Source: the human T2T-CHM13v2.0 reference genome, Homo sapiens. Taken from it: 64,000 nt of DNA. Positions 42,992 to 56,280 of the stretch are shown here, one piece after another. The position numbers and the translations under genes were made by a program. Numbering within the stretch: position 1 is the stretch's first letter; the number at the start of each line of letters is the position of its first letter. Location: the NCBI RefSeq assembly GCF_009914755.1, contig NC_060935.1; one strand, given 5' to 3'. The notes under the pieces were generated by a model. That model had not been told where the DNA came from. It ran no database searches and worked only from the letters and a program-made list of their open reading frames with translations.

Positions 42992-44614
42992 CTGACATGT
43001 GATCAGAAATAGAAAGGTAATGGAGATATAAGCAAAACTCTAAGATGAATGGTTTGGAAACTACTGTCCACAGGCAAAACTGGAAGGGAAAAGGACAGTG
43101 GGAAGAGTATTTAAGGAAAAGCAAGTCTGCAGTGGTATGGAATATGAATAGGACAGAGTGAAATAGATTATTTCAATAATCAAGCTATAAAATAATGATG
43201 GCCTGGGTTAGGCTCTGACTTTTACCTAAAATATAAGCTGAAGTAACATTATGATTTATCTATCTCTGCTCTGGAATCCTTAATATGTGATACTCTTAAT
43301 ATATATTTACCAGATCCCATGATTCCTGACCTGTCATTGCTTCCTCTGATTTCTGTATATTTTTTAGTCCCTACAACTTTGGAGTAAGTCCTGCAAATCT
43401 AGTGGCTCCCACTGAATATCTCAGACCCACTGCTTTCCAGTTTTCAGCATGACTTAAGAGTTTAATAAATTCACCAAAATGACCCACAAAAACCTGATAA
43501 GGAAACTCTCTTTAATTGAGTCTGTGTTTATGAGATCTGAGCAAGGGGAGGAAACAGAGTAGACTCTTTCTGTGATTTCCAGGCAACGTCATTTAATCAG
43601 AATGCAGATAGCAGGGATGGCCTCCTAATTGGAAATAGAAACTGGTTTAAAGTAACCTCAACACTGTTAACATTGTATAATGAGGAAACCTTGGTGATGA
43701 CATGTCAGATAATGGAAATGACTGGAATCAGTGATTTTTTTGTTTCTTCCTAATGACTGCAAAATAGGGAATTATTCAGCAAATGCAGACATTTGAAAAT
43801 TAGATTCACAGTTATTTATTTACTTAAGGCAGTCCTCATTTTGCTCCATGCTGTGTTAACCATAGGTTGTGAATATTGGAACCAAGTTTTCTTTTTTGCA
43901 CAATTCCTATATTTGCTCTTAGTTACCATGGAATCTTGCAAAACTAGGATTCAATTCCAAAATGAATGAGCTTCAGTTAACACAGTCCCATGGAAAGTAA
44001 AAACTCCCTGTATTTTTCTGTATTCACTTTGCCTGCAATGCATCATTTGCAAAAATATTTCATGGGAAAAAATAGAGCTGTACATGAAAAGCAATAAGGA
44101 GCTGGGTCCTTATGGTATCATAATGGGATAAGAAAGTAGGGAAGCCTGTGCATGCTCCTATTTAAACCATTATTAACTATGTTTCCTTGATTTGGATGGT
44201 TAAAATTACTTTTTAGTTACTTTTCCCACCATGTCTTTATTCTTGAAAGGATGCATTTTTAAAAGAATAATCTGAAAAAGCACGGGGCTGACAGTCCGAT
44301 TCTAATATGGATATTAGAGACGTTGGGTGATAATAATGCAAGTTACTTAAACTTTCCATACCCATCTGTAAAGTGAGGACAGAATGTTCTTTCTATGCCA
44401 AAGGCATACCGCAAAAATAAACTTTAATAAGAAATCAGTGTGTACAAAGTACAATCCACAAAATTAGGTTAAATTATGATATAGGTGTCATTCCTGCATT
44501 CCTCAATCCCATTTTTTAAGCTGCACCTGACATGTGAGCAGAACTAGAAGAGGGCTGGAGATGTAAGCAAAACTCTAAGATGAATGGTTTGGAAATTACT
44601 GCCCATAGGCAAAA
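42992..44614 (+). repeat. 88-bp dispersed direct duplication (42992-43079 and 44527-44614)
   Basis: 77/88 ungapped identity; the last 59 bp are 55/59. Confidence 0.9.
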
Positions 44615-44780
44615 TCGGGCTCACCACGCCAGTTTTTGTAAGTAAAGTTTTGTTAGTAGACTTCCACACCCATGCATGTAAGCGTTGTCTGTGGCTGCTT
44701 TTACACTGAAGGGCAGAACTGAGTGGTTGTGATAAACTGTATGGCTTGCAAAGCCTAAAATATTTACCACCTGGTCTCCT
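44580..44780 (-). mobile_element. MER58A-like MITE
   Basis: gtttttgtaagtaaagttttgtt..tgtctgtggctgcttt..gcagaactgagtggttgtga..gcaaagcctaaaatatttac; reverse of the 3203 copy. Confidence 0.7.
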
Positions 44781-44782
44781 AA

Positions 44783-45133
<351 letters not shown>

Positions 45134-45717
45134 CATCCAGAGAGACTTTTCTTACCTACTCGCTTCAATCCCAAGGCTACCAAGATGACCTGTGAAGGCA
45201 TGGAAGAAAAATACTAAAACTTCTATTTGTAATTAACTTTATTCTAAGAACAAGTAAAGAAATTCAGTTTCACTAATTTTGCAATGTTGCCATGCATCAT
45301 ATAACTTATGGAGGAATCCTGGGGAAAAGTGGGAGTTCCAGAACAGAGGGCTTGCCTGTAGCACCATTACTTGATCACACTTTCAGTACACTGTGACATA
45401 TTGCTATTTCTGTGTGGTGGGATAATTGGCTTTAGAGATTATATTACTTAGTTTTAACTGAATTAGCACTCACAAAATGGACACAGTAGCTTAAGATTCT
45501 TCCAAAGATAACATGGAATCAATATTCTTTTTGTTTTGTTTTTGATTTTGCTTTTGCTGAGACTCAGTATTCTAATAATAAGGCAAGTATAAGCATATAA
45601 CAACAAAAAAAGTTAGAGCTATCATTTTTATCTCCAATATGAGCTCTTTGAAACAACAAAATTATCACTTAAAGAAGTTTATTTTGATTAAACCTGTACA
45701 CCTATGTATGCACGTGG

Positions 45718-45721
<4 letters not shown>

Positions 45722-45754
<33 letters not shown>
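45722..45754 (+). repeat. (GT)n microsatellite
   Basis: Read directly. Confidence 0.95.
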
Positions 45755-46721
45755 AGAATAGGAACTATCACTTTTACCAGTAATCTTGTCCTATCAGACT
45801 CTTGTCCTAGCTGCACTCTCACACTTTCTCTTCCTAGTAACCTAGTAATGAATTCACCACGTGTCAATCAACATCTCTGATTGATACCTGGATTTTTATT
45901 TTTATTTTTTTGCTTTTTCTCTTCACCTCACCCCTTTTCTCCAGCCAGCAACACTAGGCATATTGCTGCACAAAGTCATTGCCTCATTTATCCCTGAAAT
46001 TGAGAATTACATTTCCACATGTCCCTTCAGATCCAAGAAGAATGACCTGGAAACAGGATTGCAAGAGACTACCCACTACCCTCTCCTTGCCTCCTTTCCT
46101 TCTTCTTGACCAAAAGTGTCTTCCTCTCACATTCATTAGAAAGAGGAGTTAATATCTATTGGGTTTTTGCCTTAAAAGCTATGAATATAGGATCCAAATT
46201 AAGAACAATGGAATTGGAAATTTTAATTATAAAAAGGACCCTGGGGAATTAGGTAAAACCTCAGCTTCCTCATTCACTATATTAAAGATCTCTCCTTTTT
46301 CCTAACCTATAAAATGTGTGTGGTAGCATCTGTCTTTCCTTTCTCATTGTTATCAGGATAACTTGGGATAGTTTATGAATTGTAAGATCATTTTAAACTA
46401 TAAGTATTAGATAGACTTTGGGGATCAATAATTTTTAAACTTTGAATTCATACAAAACCAAAACAAATCAGAAAAGTGAGGGGAGGAAAGGAGACCAAGA
46501 GACCAAAAAACACGGTATGCTTTCCATGACAGGCACTAACTTACATACGCAGTTTTATTTAATTCTCACAACAACCCCATGAAGAACATTAGGATCCAGA
46601 TGCTCTGTAAGTTTGTCACTTAACCCAAATCACACAATTAGTACTGTCCAAATCCACCTCCTTTTAGCCACTGTACTGTGTAGACATATCTTCTGCTAGC
46701 TACGTAAATTTGGATGTGACA

Positions 46722-46943
46722 TTTTTTCTTTTTTTTTTTTTTAGAGATGGAGTCTTGCTCTGCCACTCAGGCTAGAGTGCAATGGTGCAATCATAGCTCA
46801 CTGTAACCTTGAACTTCTGGGCTCAAGTAAACCTTCTACCTCAGCCTCCCTTCAGAGTAGCTGGACTATAGGTGCATGCTACCACACATGGCTGCTTTTA
46901 AAATTTTTTATAGAGATGGGGTCTTGCTATGTTGTCCAGGCTG
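46722..46943 (-). mobile_element. 5'-truncated AluJ
   Basis: tcatagctcactgtaaccttgaacttctgggctcaag and ggggtcttgctatgttgtccaggctg (J diagnostics). Confidence 0.85.
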
Positions 46944-49358
46944 AATGAGATATTCTCTTGACAACTTGTTTTCCTCATTTCTAAAGGGATGAAGACTAAC
47001 ACTACTACTATGATGTACTAGCTGTAGTATCACATCTAATCCTAACCAAACCTCATGGCTTAGAAGTGCTCCTATCAATTTTGTCTTTGAGCAACCAAGA
47101 CAAAGCATTTAAGTACCATGTTTAAGGCTTTACAGCCACTCTGTGGTGGGGCCTGAACTTGAACTGCCAGCTCCGGATTCATTTTCCTTCCACATGCTAT
47201 CTGGCAGTGAATTTTGTAGGGTTAACTAGAAAACATAAGTAAAAGTAATAGCAAAATATATGTTGCACAGTAGGTACTCAATATATAGTATATTTTATCT
47301 TTCCTAAGGAAATTCTTACTTTCTCTTGGAATGGGATCAGCACAGTGTTTTTATTCTCTGGGAGGAAAATAAGGACTCAGGAGAAATATCATTCTGGGTT
47401 GAATAAATAAAGAGCAAGCCACAGCTGGATATGAATGTGGATTATGATACACAGAATACAAACTTTCAAGTGACAGCCAAGAGTTCCTTCTTACCAACAT
47501 GTGCTATCTTAGTAAATTTCACTCCCAATTCTTTCATTTTTGAAGAAAAACATTTCCAGCTAATAACACAATTACACTTAAGTATTAGAGCCCATTTGAG
47601 TATTATTGCATTTGTTAAATCTAACTAAGTCCAAATTACTTCCTCATTGCTAACAAGAGAAAGAGAGGGAGGAAGAAGAGGAGGCGGCGAGAACTGAGGG
47701 GAAAAGAGTTTCGGAGGGTTAAAGGAAGAAAAGAAGACACATACACAGAGTGCTAGAGAGAAAAACAGTGAGCTATCAATGCTGCATATAGCCTCAAGTC
47801 CAATAAATGTCAGTTAAACTTGCTGCTCACAGTTTCTATGGAAACCCCTTAAGTTAGGAGTGGAACACAGACATTTTTTGGACTGCAATTCACAAGCTGT
47901 TTATTTAATTATGATGAAACATGAGACTGTTAGGGACAATACTATCATCATACTGATAGCATTTAGGATTCAACAAATAGGTATGGCAAAATAAAAAGTT
48001 GATTTCTTTTTTAAATCATTAACTTCATGTGCATTGCATGTGAATAAAATGCATCTTTTTTTTGTTTGTTTATTTTATGGGACTTCACACATTATTTCCT
48101 TCAGGCGAACCCCAAATTAGTCAAATGACATTCATTAAAAGGGACTTCTTCAGAGGCCTCATGCCAATTATACCCCCACATGCCCAGTGAACAAAACCAA
48201 GGTCACAGCATATTTTCAATTAAACCCAAGACAGCACCAAAGTGCAGCACAGCTGGAAAAACAAGCACATTATTGCCCCATAGATCATTTGTGAGCAATG
48301 AATAGGTCTCTGGTGCTTTTCTGTTTTATAGGCATTTGAATATAAAAACAAAGAAAATAGCTTCAGATTAGCTTTTGCCTTCCAAAATAAACAACTACTT
48401 TTAGGGCATTACCCCTGGGGGTCCGAAGAAACATGATGTGAAGCCATCACTGTTCTGTCTCTGATGGTTGAAAATCACTTGCTTGGGTATTAATTTGGCT
48501 GCAGGAAACCGTCTAATTGATGGGCTCATTTATACCTTTGTTCTTTCACTAGACAAACATGTAGTTTTCCACCTACTGTGTGTCAGGCACTGTACCAGGG
48601 ACAAGGGAGAGAAGAAGGTTAAACCCCAGTTCCTGCCTTAATAATAAAGTTTTTGGAAGGAAGTGCATTAATTTTGTCAATTATTTATAAAGGGCCAACT
48701 ACAGCTCATAGGTGCCAAGTAGGTAAGATTAGAATCCTGCCTTCAAGGAGATTACAATTTAATGATGATACAATAAATCATAGAGCAAAGAGTCAGTGTT
48801 CCTGCCTCCTGCTGCCTCCTCATCTTTTCTCTCTGCAGGTAGAACTACCACTCATGGAAACAGTGCTACAGAAGGTAAATACGTTTATGTGTATGCGATG
48901 GTTTGCTGGTGGATGGTGGTGTAAAGAGGGAGCTTCAGAAATATTGCCATGGGAGAACCACATTTCCAGTTCTGTCCATGAGCCACCAATACTCTTATAA
49001 AATATTTAGCCCATAAAATATGACTGAATGAGGAGGCACTCACAAGATAAGTGAATCCCAAGGTAAGTCATCTCTCGAGTCAAGCAGGGAACATGAGGCT
49101 GTTTCTAAACTGGCAAAGAGAAACACAAGAAATTTGCAAATATGACTCAGTGGATATGTCTTTTCTACTATATTGCGGCTTATTTTTTGAAATTCAGTAG
49201 TGGTTTTCAGTAGCTGGACTTCCCACAAATTGCTCGTGCTAGCAAAACCAGTCATTGCCGTTATCAGGTTTGACAGTGTATAACGAGTCACTTCACATTA
49301 GCTGCAGTTGTAGTGTTCAGCATACTGTGGGAAAGATTTAGTATGAATCATCACCCAC

Positions 49359-49411
49359 CTAGCTCTCCACTGGGGGTCTCTATGCTGTAAGTAGGCAGTG
49401 CGTTTGCCAAT
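49359..49411 (-). other. LRRC4C: LRRC4C penultimate non-coding 5'-UTR exon, 53 nt
   Basis: Minus strand: branch point CTAAT (49454-49458), long pyrimidine tract (49414-49447), ..tttag|ATTGGCAAAC...GGAGAGCTAG|gtgggt donor. Joined to the terminal exon it gives ..GAGAGCTAG-ACTGTTTG.., matching my recollection of the LRRC4C 5'-UTR. Confidence 0.85.
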
Positions 49412-50099
49412 CTAAAAAAAAAAAAAAAGAAAAGAAAAGAAAAAAAAGCATCCATTAGAATAATTCAGGACAATTCTTGATCTGCCACCACCACAACCAC
49501 CAACCACAGACACCACTGATGACATTTATTGAATTGCCACTGTATTTTAACACTATCCTGGGCAGAAAGCCAAAGCAACTCTCTTAACTACTGGCCATTT
49601 TGAACAATGCATTTTTTAATGCCAATAAAAATGCATTTGGACTTACAAGAAATGTAGTCTTATTAGATACATGACCTTAAGTAAGTCACATTTTCTCTGT
49701 GATCTAGTGTCCTGATCAGAACCACATCATAAGATTAAATTGGATAATGCATTATAATGATGGATAGGAAAGGGTTAAATAGAAAACTCAATTATTAAAG
49801 TCAAATGGGATGTTAAGAATCTGACATAGGCATCTGCTGCAAATTCTATTTGGGATTGCCCACCACCAACACCACATCCCCAAACAAGAAAGATATAAAA
49901 TCTTTCCTCTCTCTACACATCTCTCATCTCACCCCACTACTCCTGTGGCACTGACAGAATAAAAATCATAATCTGAGACTGAGGGCCATGTACAGTACTT
50001 AAAGCAAAGAGATCCTAAGAGAGAGAGCTCACATTTTACAAAGTATAATGAAGTAAAAGAAACTTGCTGTAATTCCAACAAATACAGGTCTTCCAACCT

Positions 50100-50345
50100 T
50101 GGAAATATAGTTGGTACAGACTGTACAAAGAGGAAACCCAGAGGAACTGCAGATAGAAAGATCCCTCACAATTAGTAATCAAGATCAAGGGACTGACATG
50201 GATATTAAAATCACCAAGAAGCCTATCAAGAGTAAGTATGGAGAGAACAACAGGGAGGCAGATGTTAAAATCTTCAAGGGACAAGGAGGAGTGAAGCACA
50301 GGGCTATGGCTGACTCCAACAAGAAGTTGTTAGCAGGTGGTATAA
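50100..50345 (-). mobile_element. L2 ORF2 endonuclease relic
   Basis: Minus-strand peptide HSSLSLEDF..LLGDFNIHV resembles the L2 APE-endonuclease motif GDFNIHV. Confidence 0.6.
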
Positions 50346-50541
50346 TCTGATGGTGTAAGCTTCACAGCTGGGCATTTTACTGTATTAGATGATTTTGTCT
50401 GGAACAGACAATGTAAATAAAAGTGCTTTTCAAATGTCATAGCAATATATCACTAATGAATGTTATTATTATGCAAGTAAAACTGAATATGATCAAAATG
50501 TATTTTAAAGATGATCTGTGGATTTTCTGTCCATAGGTTTA

Positions 50542-50888
<347 letters not shown>

Positions 50889-51054
50889 TCATGGTTTCAA
50901 GAAGTATTAACTACCCTTCAGTAGGATATATGAAATATGAATCGGAATTTAATGTGCTTGGGATTTATAACTTTAGAGCAAGGCTGTAGGTAACAATTAG
51001 TGTGTGTAGAGAGGCAAAGAAAAGGTGGGAGGTGAAAACATGTTTATTGCTAAA

Positions 51055-52430
51055 TCAAATAGCCGGTTCTCAATTTTCATATTAGGCAAAAATTATTAAT
51101 GTTTGACATAATGATCACTCTGTCCTTTATGAAACACCTTTTGCACTTGGCTCCTACAAAACGACTCCCTTGCTTCTCCTCTTGCCTCAGTGATAACTCT
51201 ACTCAACATCCATTGCTGGTTGTGTCTTGTCTCACAGGCCAATGAACCTTGGAGTGCCCCAGGTCTCAAATCAGTGGACCTCTTATTTATCTATACTCAC
51301 TCTCTAGGTGGTCGTATAATGCTTTTAAACACCATCTATAAACTGAAGACCGCCAAACTTAAATCTCCAGCAGGCTTGCAGACTTGTATATACTACTGCT
51401 TTTTCAAGACCTCCACTTGGAGGCTTCAAAAATCAACCTGTCTACAGTCAAACTCTTCATTTTGATTTAACCCGACAAAGACTTTTTCTAATGGCAGTTG
51501 CATTCATTCATTCATACAACTATATATTTTAAGCTCTTACTGTGTGCCAAGCACCATTTCAGGAATGATTTTTCTAGTGCTCAGGCCAAAATCTACCTTG
51601 AAACGTTTTTTTGGTCTCATACCCTCTCTTTTTGGATTGTATCACCTCTACATCTTATCACCTTTATATCCTATCACCCATGCATTGGAAATTCTGTGTA
51701 TCAGTATTCTGTTTTTTTCTCCAAACACATCTATTGCTATGTCTTGGTCCAATTTCTATCTGGATAATTGGAGTATTCCATAGCCTGGTCCAATATCTGG
51801 TTTTCCTGCTTCTAATTTCTCCACATAGTGGAGGGATCCTATTTGAATTAAAGTCAGATCATGTTCCTTCTCAATGCTCAATGGCTTCTCGCAACACTCA
51901 GAGTAATATTAAAGTCCTAATGGCCAGTCATAATTTTTTTTTCCTGCATCTCTCCCGCTTCTTTGATCTCATTTTCCTACAACAATCGTTCATATTCACT
52001 CTGCTCTGACTACCACACTGGCTCCTTATTGTTTCTCCTGCACACCAAACATAGTGCTTTCTCAGGGGCCTTGCACATGCTGTTCCTCTGCCTGGAATGC
52101 CCTTCACCCAGACAGACCTATACCTACACCTGCACTCCATGACAACAGTGCCACCTTTCATGCAAATACCTGTATACTTTGCTTCTTTACTTCCTTCAGG
52201 GCTCTGCTAAACCTGCTCAGAGAGGTCTTCCCTGGTTATGTTGCTTAAAACATAACCATCCTTGTTCTCATAATTCTCTGTCCCCTTATTCTGTTTTATT
52301 TCGCTTGATAAAACATCTCAAAACTAGAGATAACATGTACATATTTGTTTTCTGTCTCCTCCAACTAGAATATGAGTTCCCAGGATATGGAGTTTATATG
52401 ATTTGTTTATTGATGAATCTCCAAAAGTAG
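51055..52430 (+). mobile_element. L2 LINE 3' region
   Basis: tttgacataatgatcact, ggagtgccccagg, tctatactcactctctaggtg, cttgcacatgctgttcctctgcctggaatgcccttc, tgtctcctccaactagaatatgagttcc. Confidence 0.75.
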
Positions 52431-55400
52431 CCCCATTTTATAGGTGAGGAAACTAAAGCTCAGAGAGATCAGTGCCTTCCTTGAGGGCTTTTCTGGAGAA
52501 AATGGAGATTACTAAGTAGGAAGGAGAGAATAAACATGGGGGTGGTAACGATAGCTAGATCAGAGCTGTAAAAGGTATAGCAGTTAAGTTCATAAATTCT
52601 ATCATCAGAGATAGTCATTTTGTGGCTTGTGGGAAGTTATATAATTTTTTTAGGTTTCAATTTCCTCATCTGTAAAATTAAGGTGATAATAATAGAGTCA
52701 ACTTCAAAAGGTTGTTCTAAACTTGAAATGAGATGATACCCATAAACCAACAAGCCTGGCATGTCATACATTCTCTAATAATGGAAACGATAATTATCTG
52801 AGAGTTAATTTCTTTGAATTATATGTATTTTTCTAAATTCTCCTTCATTAAAAAAATGCTGAACATAACTATCCATCTGCTACCAGCAGACCCTTCATTC
52901 ATTGTTTATTGAGCACTGTTCGAAACACTTACAAATGGCTAAACAACTCATCTACTTTTCTAAAATGATGATTTAAGGCCAAATGTGGTACTTGTCCCCA
53001 GATGTATTATTAAGCCTGGACTTGGGAAAATATAAAACAAGGTGATAATCCTCCTTGATCTTTTACATAGCACTTTGTTGAAAGGTCTTGTTGAAAACAA
53101 GACTGGCAATAAGAAAGATGATGATGAAGATTGTATCTTTTGTTAATACTATAAATTATAATTTGAAAAATTGTTTCATGTGTATTACCCTATCTGACCC
53201 TCAACAAATATAGGAGGAAGGCGAATGAGATTATAATTTTTCATTTTGCAGTTAAGAAAGTTAAAGTATAAGAAAGTTAAATAATGTGATTAAGGTTTAA
53301 TAAAAGCCCTAATATGTGATGAGTTAATAGAAGAAATCAAATATTTGAAGCCGTAGGCTAGTGATCTCCCTATTACATGGTCTTTTAACACAAGGTAAAC
53401 AGGAGGTATTTTCTGCAATGAATCCTTCCAGGTTGTTTACATTTATAGAGACTCACTCTTCTGTGTTCCTTTAACACATTGCACTTCTATGTCCAATGTG
53501 AGAAGAAGGGAAAGAACATTTGTTGGGCAACTATCAACCAGTGTGCTAGTTTTCCAACTCGTACTTGCTTGCTTATGTGTCTTTCTGCCTCATTAGACTG
53601 CATGCCCCCTGGGACAGCCAACATATTCCATTCCATGGGCATGCATACACCCCAGTAACTGCTGTGTAATATGTGTTCAATAAATGTTTCTTGAATAAGA
53701 TAATGAAATAGCTTATTTGGTGAAATAAACTTATATATAGAAAAAAGCAACTAAAGCATATCCCAAAATTTAAACTATATAATCAATTAGCATGATTACA
53801 GAGAATCTCATCAAATTGTCACCTCCTAGGTCAAAAACTGGTGACTATCAACAGTTTTATATTGTTCAAAACAATAGTTTCCAAAGAGAAATAATGATTT
53901 TAGAAGTGCCCAGTTGGCCAATCAAATTTCTAGGATCTATGGAAATCCTTTTCAGCTTAGGTCTAGTTACATAAACTTTTATGTCTCAACCAATGGGAAA
54001 AAAAGCCAATACTTTTATTTCAATGTAACCTCAAATATTCAATTTGTGAAAGGGTAATTAAAATTAAAACCGGAATAGTTCATTCAGTTACAGAGTTATA
54101 AAGGGACCTTATCTATTGATTACCTATACCAGGATCTACAAGCTAGAGCAGAGAAGTCATCCATTTGCCTTACCATAGCTTAAAATCCAGTCATGCTGCC
54201 ATTTGTACATTACAGAAAGATAAAGTGTCCATACTGTTTTCTCTAATATAGCAGTTTAAATATTACCACTTCTCAACAGTTCTCACTTACTCCTTTCTCA
54301 CTTAACTTGCTCACAGAAAAAATTAACCACTTTATTATTTTTTTCTATAGTGTTTGCTTCATTATAATATTTATCAGTATAAGGACCAGGACAATATTCT
54401 TTTAATCAGTGCGTTGTCACTGCAAAGCTCTATGCTGGGCATATACCAGGAAATGAATTGTTTAAATTAAATGCATATCTGTAGACATAGATGAAATTAT
54501 AAATGCTACCAAATCATCCTCTGGCTGCTAGAAGTACCCTAGTTTAATAGGAGAGAGCAAGGTATATGGGGTAGAAGATGGTATATATAAAATGTCCTTG
54601 ATTTTTAAGTAACAGCACCTGATTGACCTCTTGCTCTAACTGATCTGACTCTCCAGTCTGAAAGGACACATGATAGCTGTGCTCTCCTTAAATGTGGCAT
54701 TTATCTTCATGAGTGTAGTGATGAAGGATGGATCAGGACTGGAACAGTCATCAGTGACTTATCCCATCTTTTTTCACAAGTGAAGATAAATGACACAAAA
54801 TATCAGCCACTGTGCATTATATATATTTATTCCACATTTGTGCCCACAGACACAAACACACTATAGACCTTTTCCTCAACCTGATTGTTTGTCATTTTCA
54901 AAATATACACCTAACAATAACAATAGCAAACCTAGGGGAAAGTCAGAGAGAGTGAAAAATGCTGAAATACCTTCTATGAGACAAGTTATACCCGCTGAGG
55001 GGATGCCTCAACAGACCCTATCTATAGGAACTCTAAAATGGCTATAAGCCTTAAAATACAATTTCCACATGTCTCTGACTGTTGTCATTAAGCTAACTTA
55101 GAAAATAGTCACAAAGAGCCCCCAAGGATGCTGCATAAGGACACTCTCCAACCTGTAGAAAATCACAAAGATGGTGTTCCTGACGGAATGGCTTCTAAGA
55201 CCTTCCAGTCATCTACAAATAGTCCTCCTGGTTTACATTATTCTGAAACAATATTCCTTATCCTCAGATGATATGTTTTCCTTAATTTCTGAATTGGACT
55301 AGGACATCCTCATTAAGCTTCTTAAACTGACAATAAGGTAGACAAGGCACAAAAAGTTGAATAATGACACCATGAGGGATGGACTTCCTGCTCAACACTG

Positions 55401-56280
55401 GTATCTAGATACTGTGGGAACTCTGTGTCAGCCTGACATTGGGTATAGCGCTTTCTAGGTTGCATTGGTATAGCACCATTGAGAGCACACAGGATCAAAT
55501 TAAGTCATTGCTTTCAAACTTAAACTTTACTCAAAGTGGGCCCTTTTGGGAAGGACCTAGTCTCCTAGATTTAATCCACTAGAAAATGGTTATGTCTAGA
55601 TTATCAGAAAGCCAAGTGTTCTCTTTACCAAAGCAGTTGGGAATTATAGCTGCTGCCTCATGTTGCAAGTGCCTGACTTTTTCCCAACTTCATTAGCCCT
55701 TCTCTCAATTTAATAGTGGGCACTGACCGCCACTTGCAGGTAGAACAAATCCTGGCCATCTTGTTAGGCCTAACTCTCACACAGCCTCATGACATCATTA
55801 CTAATCTTAGGCTTCAAAAGTTCTACTCTGTACCCTATACGACTTTGGGAAATTTTTCCAGTTTGGTTCCAAGACCACACCTCCATATTTATTTCAGATC
55901 TCTTACAGGATCCCTGTCCTGCTGCATAAATCTAGTTCTTTTTATTATAACTATCCAATCTCCCAGAGCCTCAAAACTAAGAACCTGGCTTGCTGCTCAA
56001 ATTTCTAGATTCCAACCTTATCACCCTAACTTCCTCCAGCACTGATAGCCTTTCTTCTGCATTTTTTTCTCATTCAACATTAATTAATATCTTAAGAGCA
56101 GAGACTGTTCTAGACACTGGGGATTCTGCAATGAATCAGACAGTGAAGACCTCTCACTTCATGGGGCTTACTTTTTGTAGGTTAGACAGATAATAAATAA
56201 TTAAAAAAAAAGATGAGGTAGACATAATTGTCGAGATGAAAAGAAAATAATTAAAAAACAGAATAATTGAGAGGAAACTT

